In this document: positions 62,001-64,000 of the stretch, in pieces
Numbering within the stretch: position 1 is the first letter of the stretch
How the letters are laid out: the number at the start of each line of letters is the position of its first letter
Origin: Phoronis australis
Taxonomy: Eukaryota; Animalia; Phoronida
Reading direction: 5' to 3'
Length of the DNA stretch: 64,000 nt
Assembly (NCBI GenBank): GCA_002633005.1
Contig: NMRA01000056.1
Span: forward strand, 443,165-507,164
The notes under the pieces: generated by a model
The model's database searches: none
What the model was told of the DNA's origin: nothing
Seen by the model: the letters and a program-made list of their open reading frames with translations, nothing else
Made by a program: the position numbers and the translations under genes

Positions 62001-64000
62001 TGAACCGACAGGATGTATGGCATATTTGGTGTCCTACAATGGACCAACTATAGGGGGCGCTAGAGATTCTTACATTACTGTTCTTAAAAAGTTATTCAGG
62101 GTTGAGGTACTGTACATACCATAGAGATTTCAGAATGAAGCTAAACGGACTGATCATCACTTAACCTGGAGGTAGCTCGATTTGTCTTGCTATCTAGAAA
62201 AAGAATGTGCTGCGTATCAAAGGCTTTGTCACAATACAATCGCGAGAAAATGGAGCAAAATGAGTGGGAGCTGACTTTAAGCTTTGATTCGCATTCGAGA
62301 CATGTTCTGGCTACGGTTCCCCCATTTCTATAGTCCTCTGACATTCCGAGAACTTGGTGCCACTTGGCCTTGACACTGATGAGTGCCAGTGATGTGAGTC
62401 TCTCCCTGCAGATAAAGCAACATGTACATCCAATAGGTAGACCGCAGGATGGTCCAGGCTTCAGCACAAATTGTTTATGATGATTCATGGTGACTGCCTG
62501 TGTTTACACTTCCCAGCCGTTGCACCATAAGGTAGAATGCATATCTAAACATACACTGTCTTTGTTCCTCCCTGTCTGATGGCTGGATTACGTTACATCT
62601 TCTTCTAGAAATGTATGAGCACCTCCAGAGAATTTAAACATGAGCTGTCTGCTTGGGTCATGGATGAGCTAATGGACAAAGCATGTTTATTTGCAGGCTT
62701 ATGAATGTCAGGCAGTCACGCTCACAGGTTCCATATTTTTACTGGGGTTGGACTGAAGTCTTCCTACATTTGTTACTTTAACCCTCAGCGCTAGACAGAA
62801 CAAGTTAGAACGTGAATCTGAAATATTGTCGTTTTGATATCCCGGTCCTCGATGCCTCGATTTTGGGCACCCATGCTTCTATGAAATAATTTTTAAATTG
62901 CGTGGAATTGTCATCAATCAGACCCTAAAATTCCTCTACAGTGACTAACAAAAATTCCCCTCAACATCAGAATCAAGACCAGTGTGACTACATATTTATT
63001 TCAAAACAGTTGACATGCATTCAATTTAACACTTACTACTGTTTAGTTCTAAAAATAAGCAAAAGAATTGGAAAAACACCCTGTTTGACATATTAATAGT
63101 TATCAATACAAGGATTAGATGACTGCCACTATGTGAACCTTATGTGTCGTATACAAAACGTTTGGGCAAAATTTTTCGTTAGAAAAATCTCTGTAACGGA
63201 TGCAGGTGCATTGATCTAAGTACCTGGATATACGGCCATTTTTTATTACTTTAACCTATGACGCTGTCTTTTCCTCTGAGCATTTTGTTCACCAGGTGGT
63301 GCTACTTGCCTTCCAACTCAGTCTTATTGAGTGTCCGTATGTTTCACATGCATGAAAGTGTATTTTGTCCGAATTGATTCATGTAAGAGTCGTTTGTTGA
63401 GATTCATAGACAGTAAATAATACTGTTAGTTCAGTAATAGGTATGCATTACATTAAAGAGAGGGATGGAGTCTTGTTAGAATAAGTTTATAAAGAATGTT
63501 AAATGTGTTAATTGTTGAAATGAGTTTAATGTAAAATGTACTGATAATTTCTCCACGGCATTAATATCTATGTTTTACTTGTACGTGTTCAATCAAAATG
63601 GCTGCTTCATTAAAAGTACTACTTTTCATGAGGGCCTTGACAAGTTCAACAGAAAATACAATATAATACAATACACTCAAATTTTTAATATAATGCAGAA
63701 ACAAGAACATGACATAACATGTCATGTCCATGCTCATGCAACCATCACTTATCCAGGAGATGCAGTGATAATTTGTACTCACGACCTCCATGCCTTCATA
63801 TCCAGGTGGCGCTTGTGTCTTTGTTAAATAGTCTATTGGCTTTGTCTTTTGACTTTCAACCAAAAAAGCAGCCTGTGAATGGCCTGGCCTGTTTCATGAA
63901 AACAGGCGAAGACCAAGTTCAAAATCTGGGCTACTTGAAGTCGAAAGATCGAAATCTGTGGTCTGCTAGGGTAGACAGAAGATGGAATGTTCCGAGAAAT

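Overview
AT-rich, intron-containing animal DNA that looks like a marine invertebrate draft assembly, with single-n joins at 883, 12593 and 44084. Four protein-coding genes can be reconstructed with consistent GT-AG splice phases. (1) A single-coding-exon, 301-aa acidic disordered protein with about 10 decapeptide (xEEPRPATPK) repeats (+, 8725-9630). (2) The vesicular GABA/glycine transporter VGAT/SLC32A1 (-, 2 coding exons, 501 aa); its 3' end is duplicated across an n, probably a haplotype-overlap artefact. (3) A Sidestep/nephrin-type receptor (-, 12 coding exons, about 960 aa: signal peptide, 5 Ig, FN3, TM, acidic tail). (4) An ER-lumen thioredoxin-fold-like protein with no Cys after the signal peptide, an acidic tail and HDEL (-, 3 exons, 423 aa), head-to-head with a probable 8-nt first coding exon of a + strand gene. 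The rest is rich in mobile DNA: a Kolobok deletion derivative keeping THAP and KolX-like stubs, a Tc1/mariner-like element carrying a decayed HIRAN-like domain nested in a hAT-like element, several TIR elements with 5-bp TSDs (one carrying a tRNA-like Pol III module), a 5'-truncated LINE, tRNA-derived SINE heads, MITEs and micro/minisatellites. All family assignments come from motif recognition by eye; no searches were run.
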